DNA of 64,000 bases from Gammaproteobacteria bacterium (GTDB lineage Bacteria > Pseudomonadota > Gammaproteobacteria > G965277405). Positions 1 to 8,837 of the stretch are shown one piece after another (position 1 is the first letter of the stretch; every line of letters begins with the position of its first letter). Where the stretch lies: positions 1,376,001 to 1,440,000 of the forward strand of contig OZ255726.1 of the NCBI GenBank assembly GCA_965277405.1, read 5' to 3'. The translations under genes were made by a program, and so were the position numbers. The notes under the pieces were generated by a model that worked only from the letters and a program-made list of their open reading frames with translations, ran no database searches and had not been told where the DNA came from.

Positions 1-1
1 T

Positions 2-1264
2 GATGCTAACAAAAAAAATCAAGATAGATATAACCAATTGGTAAATCTTTGCGAAAAGTTGATAAAACAAGGGTTTGCACACTTATTATTGTCGAAGTGT
101 GCGCGGGAAAATCTGGGTAAAATTTTGACACCATACTACACCGCAGCAGAAATGGACTTTATTACAGCTAACCGCGATAGTGCTTTAGCGATAGAAGCAG
201 TACAACTAAACTTTGGCATTCCTATCAATCCTGATCATCAAAATGACCCAATCACCTTGCAGACGGATGTAGCTGGCAAGTATACGTTTGCTAATCACCC
301 GTGCTATAACGGTGAGGTAGCAGCGGCAATAGCAACGGAAACAGGTAATGATAAGTCAGCGAAAATAACTCAGTGTACTATCAGTACCAACACAGATACC
401 AGCGATGCCAAGGCGGAAAAGCTCCACGACGACGGCTGGGTGCCGCATCTTACCGCCAGCTATCAATTTACCCCGTATAGCCGCGGCTACGTTAAATACA
501 GCGAATTTCTTCGCTACCCGTCCATGTTCGAAAGCACTTGGGGGTTCTCTGCCGCGCTCGGCCCGTATGGACTCGACCCCGAGCACGCGTATAATTGGGA
601 AATAAGCTATGTCCACGACCTAACCCAATGGCTGACCACCGCTGAATACGCTGACGTCAAACTCGCGTACTACGACCAACTGACCAAGGGCGTTATTGAC
701 CGCGGTGTTTCACTGTATTCTACTAATTTGGATGAAAAAAAGGTGCGCGGGGTAGAATTAACCCTACGCTACGACGGCGGTCGCTTGTTTAGTAATATTG
801 CTGTCAACTACGTGGTGCAAAACGACGTCTGTGACGAAAGCACCGCCGCATATAAATCGAGCGTGGAATATCGCTTGCCCACCTGCTTTGCATTCGGCAT
901 ACCCAGTAGGGGGCGTCAACTCGCGCAAGCCACCCCTAAATTATCGGCGGATTGGGCGTTCGGCGGCCGGCTGCTCGACCGCCGCCTCGAGATAGGCAGC
1001 CGGGTTAAGTATTATACCCGCGACGGCAACGCTGACCTTGACGAGTATGCGACTTATTCCCCCACCTCTTTGTTAGTACGATCTTTTGGCTGGGGCAATA
1101 CCCTGCTCGTTGACGCCTACGCCAACTATACAATCGATTCGAGTATCGCTGTCGAATTCGCCGCTGCTAACCTAACCGACCAATACTACCTCGACCCATT
1201 AACCCGTTCGCAGATGCCCGCACCTGGGCGGACGCTGAAACTGAATTTGACCGCGCGGTTGTAA
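2..1264 (+). CDS. TonB-dependent outer-membrane receptor, probably heme/hemophore receptor (5' part outside window)
   Basis: Frame is open from base 2; beta-barrel motifs (LDPEHAYNWE, NLTDQYYLDP, terminal PAPGRTLKLNLTARL); followed by hemophore-like and Slam genes. Confidence 0.85.
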   Translation, partial: DANKKNQDRYNQLVNLCEKLIKQGFAHLLLSKCARENLGKILTPYYTAAEMDFITANRDSALAIEAVQLNFGIPINPDHQNDPITLQTDVAGKYTFANHPCYNGEVAAAIATETGNDKSAKITQCTISTNTDTSDAKAEKLHDDGWVPHLTASYQFTPYSRGYVKYSEFLRYPSMFESTWGFSAALGPYGLDPEHAYNWEISYVHDLTQWLTTAEYADVKLAYYDQLTKGVIDRGVSLYSTNLDEKKVRGVELTLRYDGGRLFSNIAVNYVVQNDVCDESTAAYKSSVEYRLPTCFAFGIPSRGRQLAQATPKLSADWAFGGRLLDRRLEIGSRVKYYTRDGNADLDEYATYSPTSLLVRSFGWGNTLLVDAYANYTIDSSIAVEFAAANLTDQYYLDPLTRSQMPAPGRTLKLNLTARL

Positions 1265-1351
1265 AACGCGCAGTTAAACCCCCGAAGCAACTGCTTCACC
1301 CGTGTTATTTTCGTTTTGGAAATAATAAATTGTAATACTTTGGAGTTTTGT

Positions 1352-2203
1352 ATGAACAAACTAAAATTAGTCAGCAGTATCGCGGTTGTGGCTAGCGCGC
1401 TCGCTGCGCCAGCCCACGCCGAAACCGAAACACAAGTCGTTGTATTTAACCTTGACGAAATACAAGGTGGTTCGTCGAATATTGAGAAAGTGATTGTCGG
1501 CGAATCAAATGTAGACCGCCCGCCGTCTCATACTGTTGGGAAGGCGGGGATTGGCGCTGGATATGGTATGAAATCGCAATCCATGGTAGACTTTGCTGGG
1601 TTGGCAGATGCGGCACCCGCCGACGACAACGAGGTGCATTCGTTGAATTTCCCGTATGATGGTGCCCCAACAAGCCATGATGACTTTGGGGTATTCCACT
1701 TTGCCCAAGTAGGTGCAAACGACGTTTGGTTTGGCGAATGGGCACAAACTGCCGCGGACGGCGACCCAAACCATACCGTGTACTACGTCGGAGATAATGC
1801 CGATGCTAGGATAACAAGAACCGATAGTGCCGCTACTTACACGGTGAACGGTATCAATCACTACGCAGCAGCGGGTAACAACGGCCTATCTGGTACTTTT
1901 ACTGCTAATTTTAATGCTTTAACCCTAACAGGGTCTATGCGTACTACCAACTTACCTGTCGACATATTAATAAATATTGGCACTGCGAGGATTAACCCCG
2001 ACAGCGCTTCGATTGCTAATGGCGGCGGAGTCGCACCATCCGCACAGATCAGTGTATACGGAAAAATCATACCAGAGTTTGGTGATACAAATGGGATAGT
2101 TACAGGGCAATTCTACAATGGTCAGGTTGACCTCGCTGGGATGGTTACCTTTAAAGATACGCATGATTTCGATACAGCGTTTGGTGGTAGTATAGATCAA
2201 TAA
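1352..2203 (+). CDS. Hemophilin/HphA-like secreted hemophore (Slam-dependent, TbpB-like C-terminal barrel)
   Basis: Signal peptide MNKLKLVSSIAVVASALAAPAHA; PSH..GKAGIG, SHDDFGVFHFAQV, VWFGEW motifs; C-terminal DTAFGG; RBS GGAG before ATG 1352. Confidence 0.75.
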   Translation: MNKLKLVSSIAVVASALAAPAHAETETQVVVFNLDEIQGGSSNIEKVIVGESNVDRPPSHTVGKAGIGAGYGMKSQSMVDFAGLADAAPADDNEVHSLNFPYDGAPTSHDDFGVFHFAQVGANDVWFGEWAQTAADGDPNHTVYYVGDNADARITRTDSAATYTVNGINHYAAAGNNGLSGTFTANFNALTLTGSMRTTNLPVDILINIGTARINPDSASIANGGGVAPSAQISVYGKIIPEFGDTNGIVTGQFYNGQVDLAGMVTFKDTHDFDTAFGGSIDQ

Positions 2204-2205
2204 TC

Positions 2206-3720
2206 TTGTTTGTTATTAAATTCAACCCGCGCATGCAGGTGCATGCGCGGTTTTTTTTACTGTATTGTTTACTGCTGCTGCTGCTCCCATTCGCCGCCGC
2301 AGCTGCTGATAGCCAGTTGCCTAGTAGGTTGCCTAGTAGGTTGGATAGCGACGCTAGCAGCGACCAACCGCGTAATAGCAGCCAGCAGCGGTTACCAAAT
2401 GCCGACAGCGGCGCACGCCGCGCCATCATTATCGACGGTAAACCCTATCCTATCCAAGACAACGTCGATGACCTCGGCCGCGCGCTGTATGTGTCAATCC
2501 AACAACAACACTGGGCAGACGTCGAATATTATTTGGCAAAATACCAAACCCTCGCCAACGCCGACGCGTTATTATTGGCGTATGCCCGCGGTGCGCTCGC
2601 CAGAATACGCGGCGATATGCAGCAAGCAGCGAGTGAATACCGCAAATTACTGGCGTTGCGCCCTGACTTTTTCCCAGGCCAGCTAGAATTAGCCCGCGTG
2701 CTGTTTGCCGACCATCAAAACCAACAAGCTACAATGCTATTCGCGCAAATAGCCGACCAACTCGACCCTAGCAATACCAAGCACGCTAACATCATTAGTT
2801 CGGTGGAGAATTTCACCGAGGCGTTGCAACGCCGGCATACTTGGCAAAGCTCGGTCGCGGTTGGTTCAATCTGGACCGATAACCTCAACCATTCATCGCA
2901 GAGTTATACTTGCTTCGTATCTTTTCGCGGTCAGTGCTACTCCGAGCGACAAACCCCTGATGCGATTAGCGCGCGTGGCGTTGACTACCAGTTGACATTA
3001 AACCGCCAGGTGTCAATTAGTGGGCAGCATGGCGTATACTTTCGTGCGCAGTTATCCGCACAACGCTATCAAGACTACCCTGATTATCATCAAACAATCA
3101 TGACTAATCAAATAGGTTATGCCTTTGAGAATTATGCTGATTATATCAGCCTGGCGCCTGAGTATGAATTTCTTGAGTACGGTGACGCGACGTATTACCG
3201 CGCTTGGGGCTTGCATGCACAGTGGAGACGCAAGCTATCGAGGACGCGGATGTTTAAACTTGCAGCTGACTATAAAAAACACAAGTATGCGGATCAACAA
3301 CGGCAGCGGCTCAACAGTTCGGTGTATTCGCTAAATTTCAGCGCCTGGCAAATGCTCGCGGATAACTGGATGCTAATTAGCGGGGTGGATTGGTTGGAGA
3401 TAACAGCAAAAGCTACAACCGAATCTTATAACAAGCTGGGGCTCAGATTCGGTGCGTCGAAACAGTTTGCTGCTGGTATTCAGGTCGTGTTGCTCACCTC
3501 TGCCAGCCAACGCAGTAATCATAATTTTAGCAAAATCCTCGGTGCAAAACGCAATGACATTGTCAAAGATGCTACCTTGACTGTAACCGCAGCTAAACTG
3601 GCTATCGCCGGTTTTACCCCTACCATTACCCTGAACCAGCGGAGCACGCGCAGCAATATAGATTGGCTATATAGTAATCAAAAAAATCAAATCAACCTTA
3701 AACTAACAAGAAACTTTTAA
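2206..3720 (+). CDS. Slam / type XI secretion outer-membrane translocon (TPR + DUF560-type barrel); start codon uncertain (2206, 2233 or 2239)
   Basis: Signal-like hydrophobic stretch, TPR (YARGALAR..QLELARVLF), barrel strands ending in Phe; context downstream of hemophore. Confidence 0.8.
   Translation: MFVIKFNPRMQVHARFFLLYCLLLLLLPFAAAAADSQLPSRLPSRLDSDASSDQPRNSSQQRLPNADSGARRAIIIDGKPYPIQDNVDDLGRALYVSIQQQHWADVEYYLAKYQTLANADALLLAYARGALARIRGDMQQAASEYRKLLALRPDFFPGQLELARVLFADHQNQQATMLFAQIADQLDPSNTKHANIISSVENFTEALQRRHTWQSSVAVGSIWTDNLNHSSQSYTCFVSFRGQCYSERQTPDAISARGVDYQLTLNRQVSISGQHGVYFRAQLSAQRYQDYPDYHQTIMTNQIGYAFENYADYISLAPEYEFLEYGDATYYRAWGLHAQWRRKLSRTRMFKLAADYKKHKYADQQRQRLNSSVYSLNFSAWQMLADNWMLISGVDWLEITAKATTESYNKLGLRFGASKQFAAGIQVVLLTSASQRSNHNFSKILGAKRNDIVKDATLTVTAAKLAIAGFTPTITLNQRSTRSNIDWLYSNQKNQINLKLTRNF
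2227..2258 (+). terminator. Intrinsic terminator-like hairpin after the hemophore gene
   Basis: CCGCGCATGCA-GG-TGCATGCGCGG followed by T8. Confidence 0.65.
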
Positions 3721-3768
3721 GATAAACTAACAAGGAACTTTTAAGATAAACTAACAAGAAACTTTTAA
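3701..3768. repeat. 24-bp tandem repeat, about 2.8 copies
   Basis: AACTAACAAG(A/G)AACTTTTAAGATA repeated; duplicates the Slam 3' end. Confidence 0.9.
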
Positions 3769-3769
3769 T

Positions 3770-4681
3770 ATGAACCGTCCAACCGCAATTTTTATTATTT
3801 TTTTATTGTTTACCCCGTGTATCCCCGCAGCCGGTGATTGGCAGACCTTGCAAAATACTGCCACCAGCTTATACCAGCAGGGTGACTATGCGCAAGCCGC
3901 GGTATACCTGCAGCAGGCGATTGCTCGTGCTGAACAAGCAGATAATGGCGATAAATTTAAAGTCAGTAGCCTTAATTTACTCGCGTTTGTGTATTTGGCT
4001 ACAGGCGATCAGCAACGCGCAATAACAACGCTTGAACAAGCGATAATCATTGCGCGTAAGGTATACCCGAATTCCCACCCGACGTTGGCAATAATGTTGT
4101 TCAATACAGGCGATTTTCTCGAACAAGCTGGGCAAGCAGATCAAGCCCTGCTTGCGTATCAGGCGGCGTGGGCAATCCAGCGACAAGATGTGGTTAAATA
4201 CGCTGATGCTGCACTGAAAACAGCCGACGCCTTGGTGGCGATACACAATAGGCAGCAACGTTATCAGCGGAGCGTGGCGATTGCCACAACGATTCTGGCG
4301 GCGTATACCAACACCAAGCCAACCGCGTTTAATGAGTCGTTGCGGCAGATTAGCTACGCGCTGGCGCAGGCACAGTTGCAATTGCACCACCGCGAGTTAG
4401 CCCAACAAGCGCTAGCGCAACAGCTACGCCGTGACTTAGATCAAGATTTAAAGGGCGAGATGCTGACCTTAAGAAAAGATATGAACAAACGCTTTGAGCA
4501 GGTTGATAAACGCTTTGAGCAGGTTGATAAACGCTTTGAGCAGGTTGATAAACGCTTTGAGCAGGTTGATAAACGCTTTGAGCAACTTACTGGTCGCATA
4601 GATAGTTTTATGAAATGGTCGCTTACCACTATGATCACTTGTAGCGCTGTTATTATTGCTGTGCTTAAGTTTACTACGTGA
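3770..4681 (+). CDS. Exported TPR protein fused to a KRFEQVD coiled-coil repeat and C-terminal TM helix
   Basis: N-terminal signal peptide, TPR-like helices, then about 80 aa nearly identical to the C-terminus of the next gene. Confidence 0.7.
   Translation: MNRPTAIFIIFLLFTPCIPAAGDWQTLQNTATSLYQQGDYAQAAVYLQQAIARAEQADNGDKFKVSSLNLLAFVYLATGDQQRAITTLEQAIIIARKVYPNSHPTLAIMLFNTGDFLEQAGQADQALLAYQAAWAIQRQDVVKYADAALKTADALVAIHNRQQRYQRSVAIATTILAAYTNTKPTAFNESLRQISYALAQAQLQLHHRELAQQALAQQLRRDLDQDLKGEMLTLRKDMNKRFEQVDKRFEQVDKRFEQVDKRFEQVDKRFEQLTGRIDSFMKWSLTTMITCSAVIIAVLKFTT
4487..4584 (+). repeat. Coding 21-bp tandem repeat (KRFEQVD)x4 plus partial
   Basis: AAACGCTTTGAGCAGGTTGAT repeated; the next gene carries 3 copies plus a partial. 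Confidence 0.95.
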
Positions 4682-4701
4682 TTTAACAATACAAGCCAAT
4701 T

Positions 4702-5067
4702 ATGTTCGATAATGCTGTTTTTGAGAAGTGGTTAGACGACAATGCCGCTAAGGCTATGGAAAAAATAATTAGTGGTCAAGCTTTAAAGAGCGAGGAAACT
4801 ATTATTCTTGTGCTCAAGGGACAAGCCAATCATATTGCCCATTTAGATGAAGATTTAAAGGGCGAGATGCAGACCTTAAGAAAAGATATGGACAAACGCT
4901 TTGAGCAGGTTGATAAACGCTTTGAGCAGGTTGACAAACGCTTTGAGCAGGTTGATAAACGCTTTGAGCAACTTACTGGTCGCATAGATAATTTCATGAA
5001 ATGGTCGCTTACCACTATGATCACTTGTAGTGCTGTTATTATTGCTGTGCTTAAGTTTACTACGTGA
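4702..5067 (+). CDS. DUF1640/Bdr-like coiled-coil protein with C-terminal TM anchor
   Basis: Heptad repeats KRFEQVD x3, then hydrophobic tail WSLTTMITCSAVIIAVL. Confidence 0.65.
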   Translation: MFDNAVFEKWLDDNAAKAMEKIISGQALKSEETIILVLKGQANHIAHLDEDLKGEMQTLRKDMDKRFEQVDKRFEQVDKRFEQVDKRFEQLTGRIDNFMKWSLTTMITCSAVIIAVLKFTT

Positions 5068-5086
5068 TTTAAAATACAAGCTAATT

Positions 5087-5317
5087 ATGTTGGATAATGA
5101 TTCTTTTGATAGGTGGTTAGATCACAATGCCGCTAAGGTTATGGATAAAATAATGAGCGGGCAAGCTTTAAACAACGGTGAAATTATTGTTTTTTTGCTC
5201 AAGGCGCAAACCAATTATATTGCCTATTTAGGGCAAGGTTTAAGGGATGAGATGCTGGCCTTAAGAAAAGATATGGACGAACGCTTTGAGCAACTTACTT
5301 GTAGTGGTTTAGATTAG
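5087..5317 (+). pseudogene. Third, truncated copy of the DUF1640-like gene
   Basis: Paralogous N-terminus and same intergenic sequence; lacks repeats and TM tail through a deletion at an ACT microhomology. Confidence 0.7.
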
Positions 5318-5410
5318 TGGTTTAGATGTAATCTGACAGTTGCCCTGATTTGCGGCGGTCTGTGTCGGGTAAAGTTAGGTTGAGGAATTTTTTCTTGCAG
5401 ATTTCCTTAT

Positions 5411-5685
5411 GGAAGTTCTGATTAAGTCGCTGATGGAGCGAGGTTGCCTGCTTGCTGATGATTGCAAGGCGCAAAGCGCATGACCTAGCATATACGCCAA
5501 GGGATGCAACACAGCAAGTACCGCTGCAGCAAACCCAAAGTATATTCAACAGAAGGATGGGAAAAAACGCTGCGCTAACGTCGTTGCAGCACTTGATAAT
5601 ACCACCAGTATTATCTGCGCACTGCGTCTAGTTATCATCAGCGTTTTTCTCCGTCTCGCCCATCATGGACTTAATCAGCGGTTCC
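5411..5685. mobile_element. MITE with IS5-type termini (275 bp)
   Basis: GGAAGTTCTGATTAAGTC...GACTTAATCAGCGGTTCC; homologous to 8549-8833 in the opposite orientation. Confidence 0.85.
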
Positions 5686-5754
5686 CTGGGTCGATTCTAC
5701 CAAGTATTCTATCAAAATTGATTGTTTGGCGAAATTGCGCACGGCTACAGTCAA

Positions 5755-6741
5755 CTATTCGAAAGCCACGCTACTATCCCAAATACGCTGCCATATTTGC
5801 ATCAATCCAGATTTACCACTATGAGATACAGATAGACGCACAGGGGTTGTGGCGCCATTTATAAATGCAAAGGTAAACACATAATTAGGTTCTTTTCCCA
5901 TCCGTAAATCAGTCACGATAACCGTGTCTTGTACCATGTGCATTGCATAAAAACCTTGGGTTATCCAGCGCATTGTATCTATCGACAGATTACCAGCGGA
6001 TTGCTCGATGAGTTTGGCTCCACGTGGATGTTGGTATATTGGTAGTTGTGCATCAGCAGCGTCGAAAAACGAGACATACATGTTGTAGTAATACGTTTCA
6101 TCGACAACAATAATTCGATGCGCCAAGGTTGTGCCAGTCAAGGGAATACTCAGCATGCGTTGCGCCGCAACACCTTGGTTGGCAAACTGCTGCAACGCCA
6201 CGCGCTCAGCGTTAAATTTGGCATATACACTCCAAACGATATACAGCGTTGCCAACAATAGCGCATACAGTATCGATTGGCGCAGCCGCGGAGAATTTTT
6301 TAGAACGAGTGCTGCCAATGTTGTCAACAGCAACGGCAAGGTAAATAACGGGTCGATTATAAATAATGACGACCATACCACAGCTGGTAATTCAAGAGGC
6401 CACCATAGCTGCGTGCCGTACACCGTGAAAGCATCAAGCAATGGATGGGTAATTAACGCCAGCCAGACCGCAATATACAGTTGTTTACGTTGCCCATTAC
6501 GCAAGACGCGGTACAGCAGTTCGGCAAGCATTGGTGCACATATAGTTAATACAAATATGCTATGCGAAAACGCGCGATGCTTGGCATACGATGTAATCGG
6601 ATTATCATGCGACAACAGCACATCTAGGTCAGGAATCGTCGCTATAACCCCGCCAATGAGTGGTGTCAGCCGATTGGCGCGTTTGCCGAGCACGCTATAA
6701 AACAGCGTACTCCCCAACACAAATTGGCTGACGCTATCCAT
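5755..6741 (-). CDS. Membrane-bound metal-dependent hydrolase (YdjM/DUF457 family)
   Basis: MDSVSQ, PDLD, HRAFSHS, THPLLDAFT.YG, IIDP motifs. Confidence 0.85.
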   Translation of the reverse strand: MDSVSQFVLGSTLFYSVLGKRANRLTPLIGGVIATIPDLDVLLSHDNPITSYAKHRAFSHSIFVLTICAPMLAELLYRVLRNGQRKQLYIAVWLALITHPLLDAFTVYGTQLWWPLELPAVVWSSLFIIDPLFTLPLLLTTLAALVLKNSPRLRQSILYALLLATLYIVWSVYAKFNAERVALQQFANQGVAAQRMLSIPLTGTTLAHRIIVVDETYYYNMYVSFFDAADAQLPIYQHPRGAKLIEQSAGNLSIDTMRWITQGFYAMHMVQDTVIVTDLRMGKEPNYVFTFAFINGATTPVRLSVSHSGKSGLMQIWQRIWDSSVAFE

Positions 6742-6921
6742 ACATTACTTGCATATTCTGCGACACTTGCACACAGGATCCCTGTTGAAATTGCTGTTTG
6801 AATATTCAGTCTAGCAAATTACTATCCGCAACATAGCATGGTGCTTGCAATCAATGGACTTTTTAGTTGAGCAGCCCAACGAAGCCAATACTATTACCAA
6901 ATATTTATTCACTGTTCTTGT

Positions 6922-8541
6922 ATGCGATTCGCTGTATTCCAAACCCCTTCAATTGTTGGTGATATATCAGCCAATACTGACGCTATTATCTCCGCACTCC
7001 AGCAGAGTAATGCCGAATGCTTGGTGTTTTCAGAGCTATTTTTAATTGGCTATCCTGCCGCAGATTTGTTGTTAGATAAAGGGTTAAAAACTGCAATCAG
7101 CAGCGCCTATGCTCAGCTACTCGCAGCCAGCAAGCAATACCCAAGCCAAGCCGTTGCAGTTGGTATGCCATGGTTTGATGCCGACGGAGATTTAGTCAAT
7201 GCCGCCGCGCTGTTCCATAACGGCACTGTGCAATGGCATTTTAAGCAGCATTTACCGAATCACGGAGTGTTTACCGAAAAACGCTATTTCCATTGCAAAT
7301 CAACAGGCCCAAGTATTTGGCAGCTGGGCGGGCTACGCCTCGCAGTTGGTATTTGTGAAGATTGCTGGCATCAAGCGTTCTTAGATGCGATGCCCAACAT
7401 TGCACCAGACATTGTCCTCACCATCAATGCATCGCCATACTTTCAAGGCAAGCAGCAATGGCGAACAGACATTATGCGTGCTGTTGCACAACGCACCAAC
7501 GCGCCAGTACTGTATGCCCATCGCAGCGGGGGGCATGACGAATGGGTATTTGACGGTAGCTCGTTTGTTGTGCAAAAAAATGGAGCCATCGCGACTGCAC
7601 CGCTCGAAGGTGGCGAACCGCTAACGTATGACTTTGACACAGATACCACCATCAATGCAGTAACGCCTATCGCATCCGCACTCCAACTCAATTACGAAAT
7701 ACTCAAAATTGGCTTGCGCGAATTTACTAAAACCAATGGCTTTACAGCAGTGCTGATTGGGGTTTCTGGCGGTATTGACTCGGCATTAACGCTGGCAATT
7801 GCAGTCGATGCACTCGGCGCGGAAAATGTCCATGGCTACATGCTACCGTATATCTACACGTCTGCCGAGAGCAAATCCGACGCGCAGGCATTGGCAGATA
7901 ACCTTGGTGTTACCTTGCAAACCATTGCCATCGCAGCCTTGGTCGAGGCTAGCAATGGCTGTGTCGCTGATCAGTTGCATACCGCCACGCCTGGATCAAT
8001 TGCCCGCATGCAACAAAACATTCAAGCGCGCGCGCGCGCGCAAATATTAATGAGTCTCGCCAATGCCCATGGGCATCTGTTGTTAGCCACAGGCAACAAA
8101 AGCGAAATGGCGATGGGCTATGCAACGATGTACGGAGATATGGCCGGCGGGTTTAATATCATCAAAGACTTACTCAAAACACAGGTATACGAACTCTCGC
8201 ATTGGGTCAACCGCCAGCACGAGATTATTCCACATAATATTCTTACCCGCCCGCCGTCTGCCGAGCTTGCCCCAAATCAGCGCGACGACGACACCTTGCC
8301 GCCGTACGCTGTGCTCGACCCAATCATCAGACTGCTGGTTGAACAGCAACAAACTCCCACAGCAATTGCCCAAGCAACAGGTACACCACGCGCCACGATA
8401 GACCAAGTCATTACCATGCTCAATCAAAGCGAATTTAAACGCAGCCAAGCAGCGCCAGGGGTGAGAATATCCAAACGTGCATTTGGTCAAGAATGGCGGA
8501 TGCCGATATCCAAAGGCAGGAATATATTTAGTAAAGGGTGA
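6922..8541 (+). CDS. nadE: Glutamine-dependent NAD+ synthetase
   Basis: Nitrilase-like N-domain (GICED) plus SGGIDS, NIQAR.R, TGNKSE, PPSAEL motifs. Confidence 0.95.
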   Translation: MRFAVFQTPSIVGDISANTDAIISALQQSNAECLVFSELFLIGYPAADLLLDKGLKTAISSAYAQLLAASKQYPSQAVAVGMPWFDADGDLVNAAALFHNGTVQWHFKQHLPNHGVFTEKRYFHCKSTGPSIWQLGGLRLAVGICEDCWHQAFLDAMPNIAPDIVLTINASPYFQGKQQWRTDIMRAVAQRTNAPVLYAHRSGGHDEWVFDGSSFVVQKNGAIATAPLEGGEPLTYDFDTDTTINAVTPIASALQLNYEILKIGLREFTKTNGFTAVLIGVSGGIDSALTLAIAVDALGAENVHGYMLPYIYTSAESKSDAQALADNLGVTLQTIAIAALVEASNGCVADQLHTATPGSIARMQQNIQARARAQILMSLANAHGHLLLATGNKSEMAMGYATMYGDMAGGFNIIKDLLKTQVYELSHWVNRQHEIIPHNILTRPPSAELAPNQRDDDTLPPYAVLDPIIRLLVEQQQTPTAIAQATGTPRATIDQVITMLNQSEFKRSQAAPGVRISKRAFGQEWRMPISKGRNIFSKG

Positions 8542-8548
8542 TGATTAG

Positions 8549-8833
8549 GGAAGCTCTGATTAAGTCCATGATGGGCGAGACGGAGAAAAAACGCTGATGA
8601 TAACTAGACGCAGTGCGCAGATAATACTGGTGGTATTATCAAGTGCTGCAACGACGTTAGCGCAGCGTTTTTTCCCGGCCTTCTATTGAATAGATGATGG
8701 TTTGCCTACAAGCGGTACTTGCTGTGTTGCATCCCTTGGCGTATATGCTACGGCATGCGCCTGCGGAATGCGCCTTGCAATCATCAGCAATTGCAGGCAA
8801 ACTCGCTTCATCAGCGACTTAATCAGAGCTTCC
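8549..8833. mobile_element. MITE with IS5-type termini (285 bp)
   Basis: Perfect 18-bp TIR GGAAGCTCTGATTAAGTC; TTAG on both sides. Confidence 0.9.
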
Positions 8834-8837
8834 TTAG

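Noticed and set aside
4441-5079. Minus-strand ORFs with CSKRLST / INLLKAF repeats
   Set aside because: Antisense shadows of the 21-bp coding repeat
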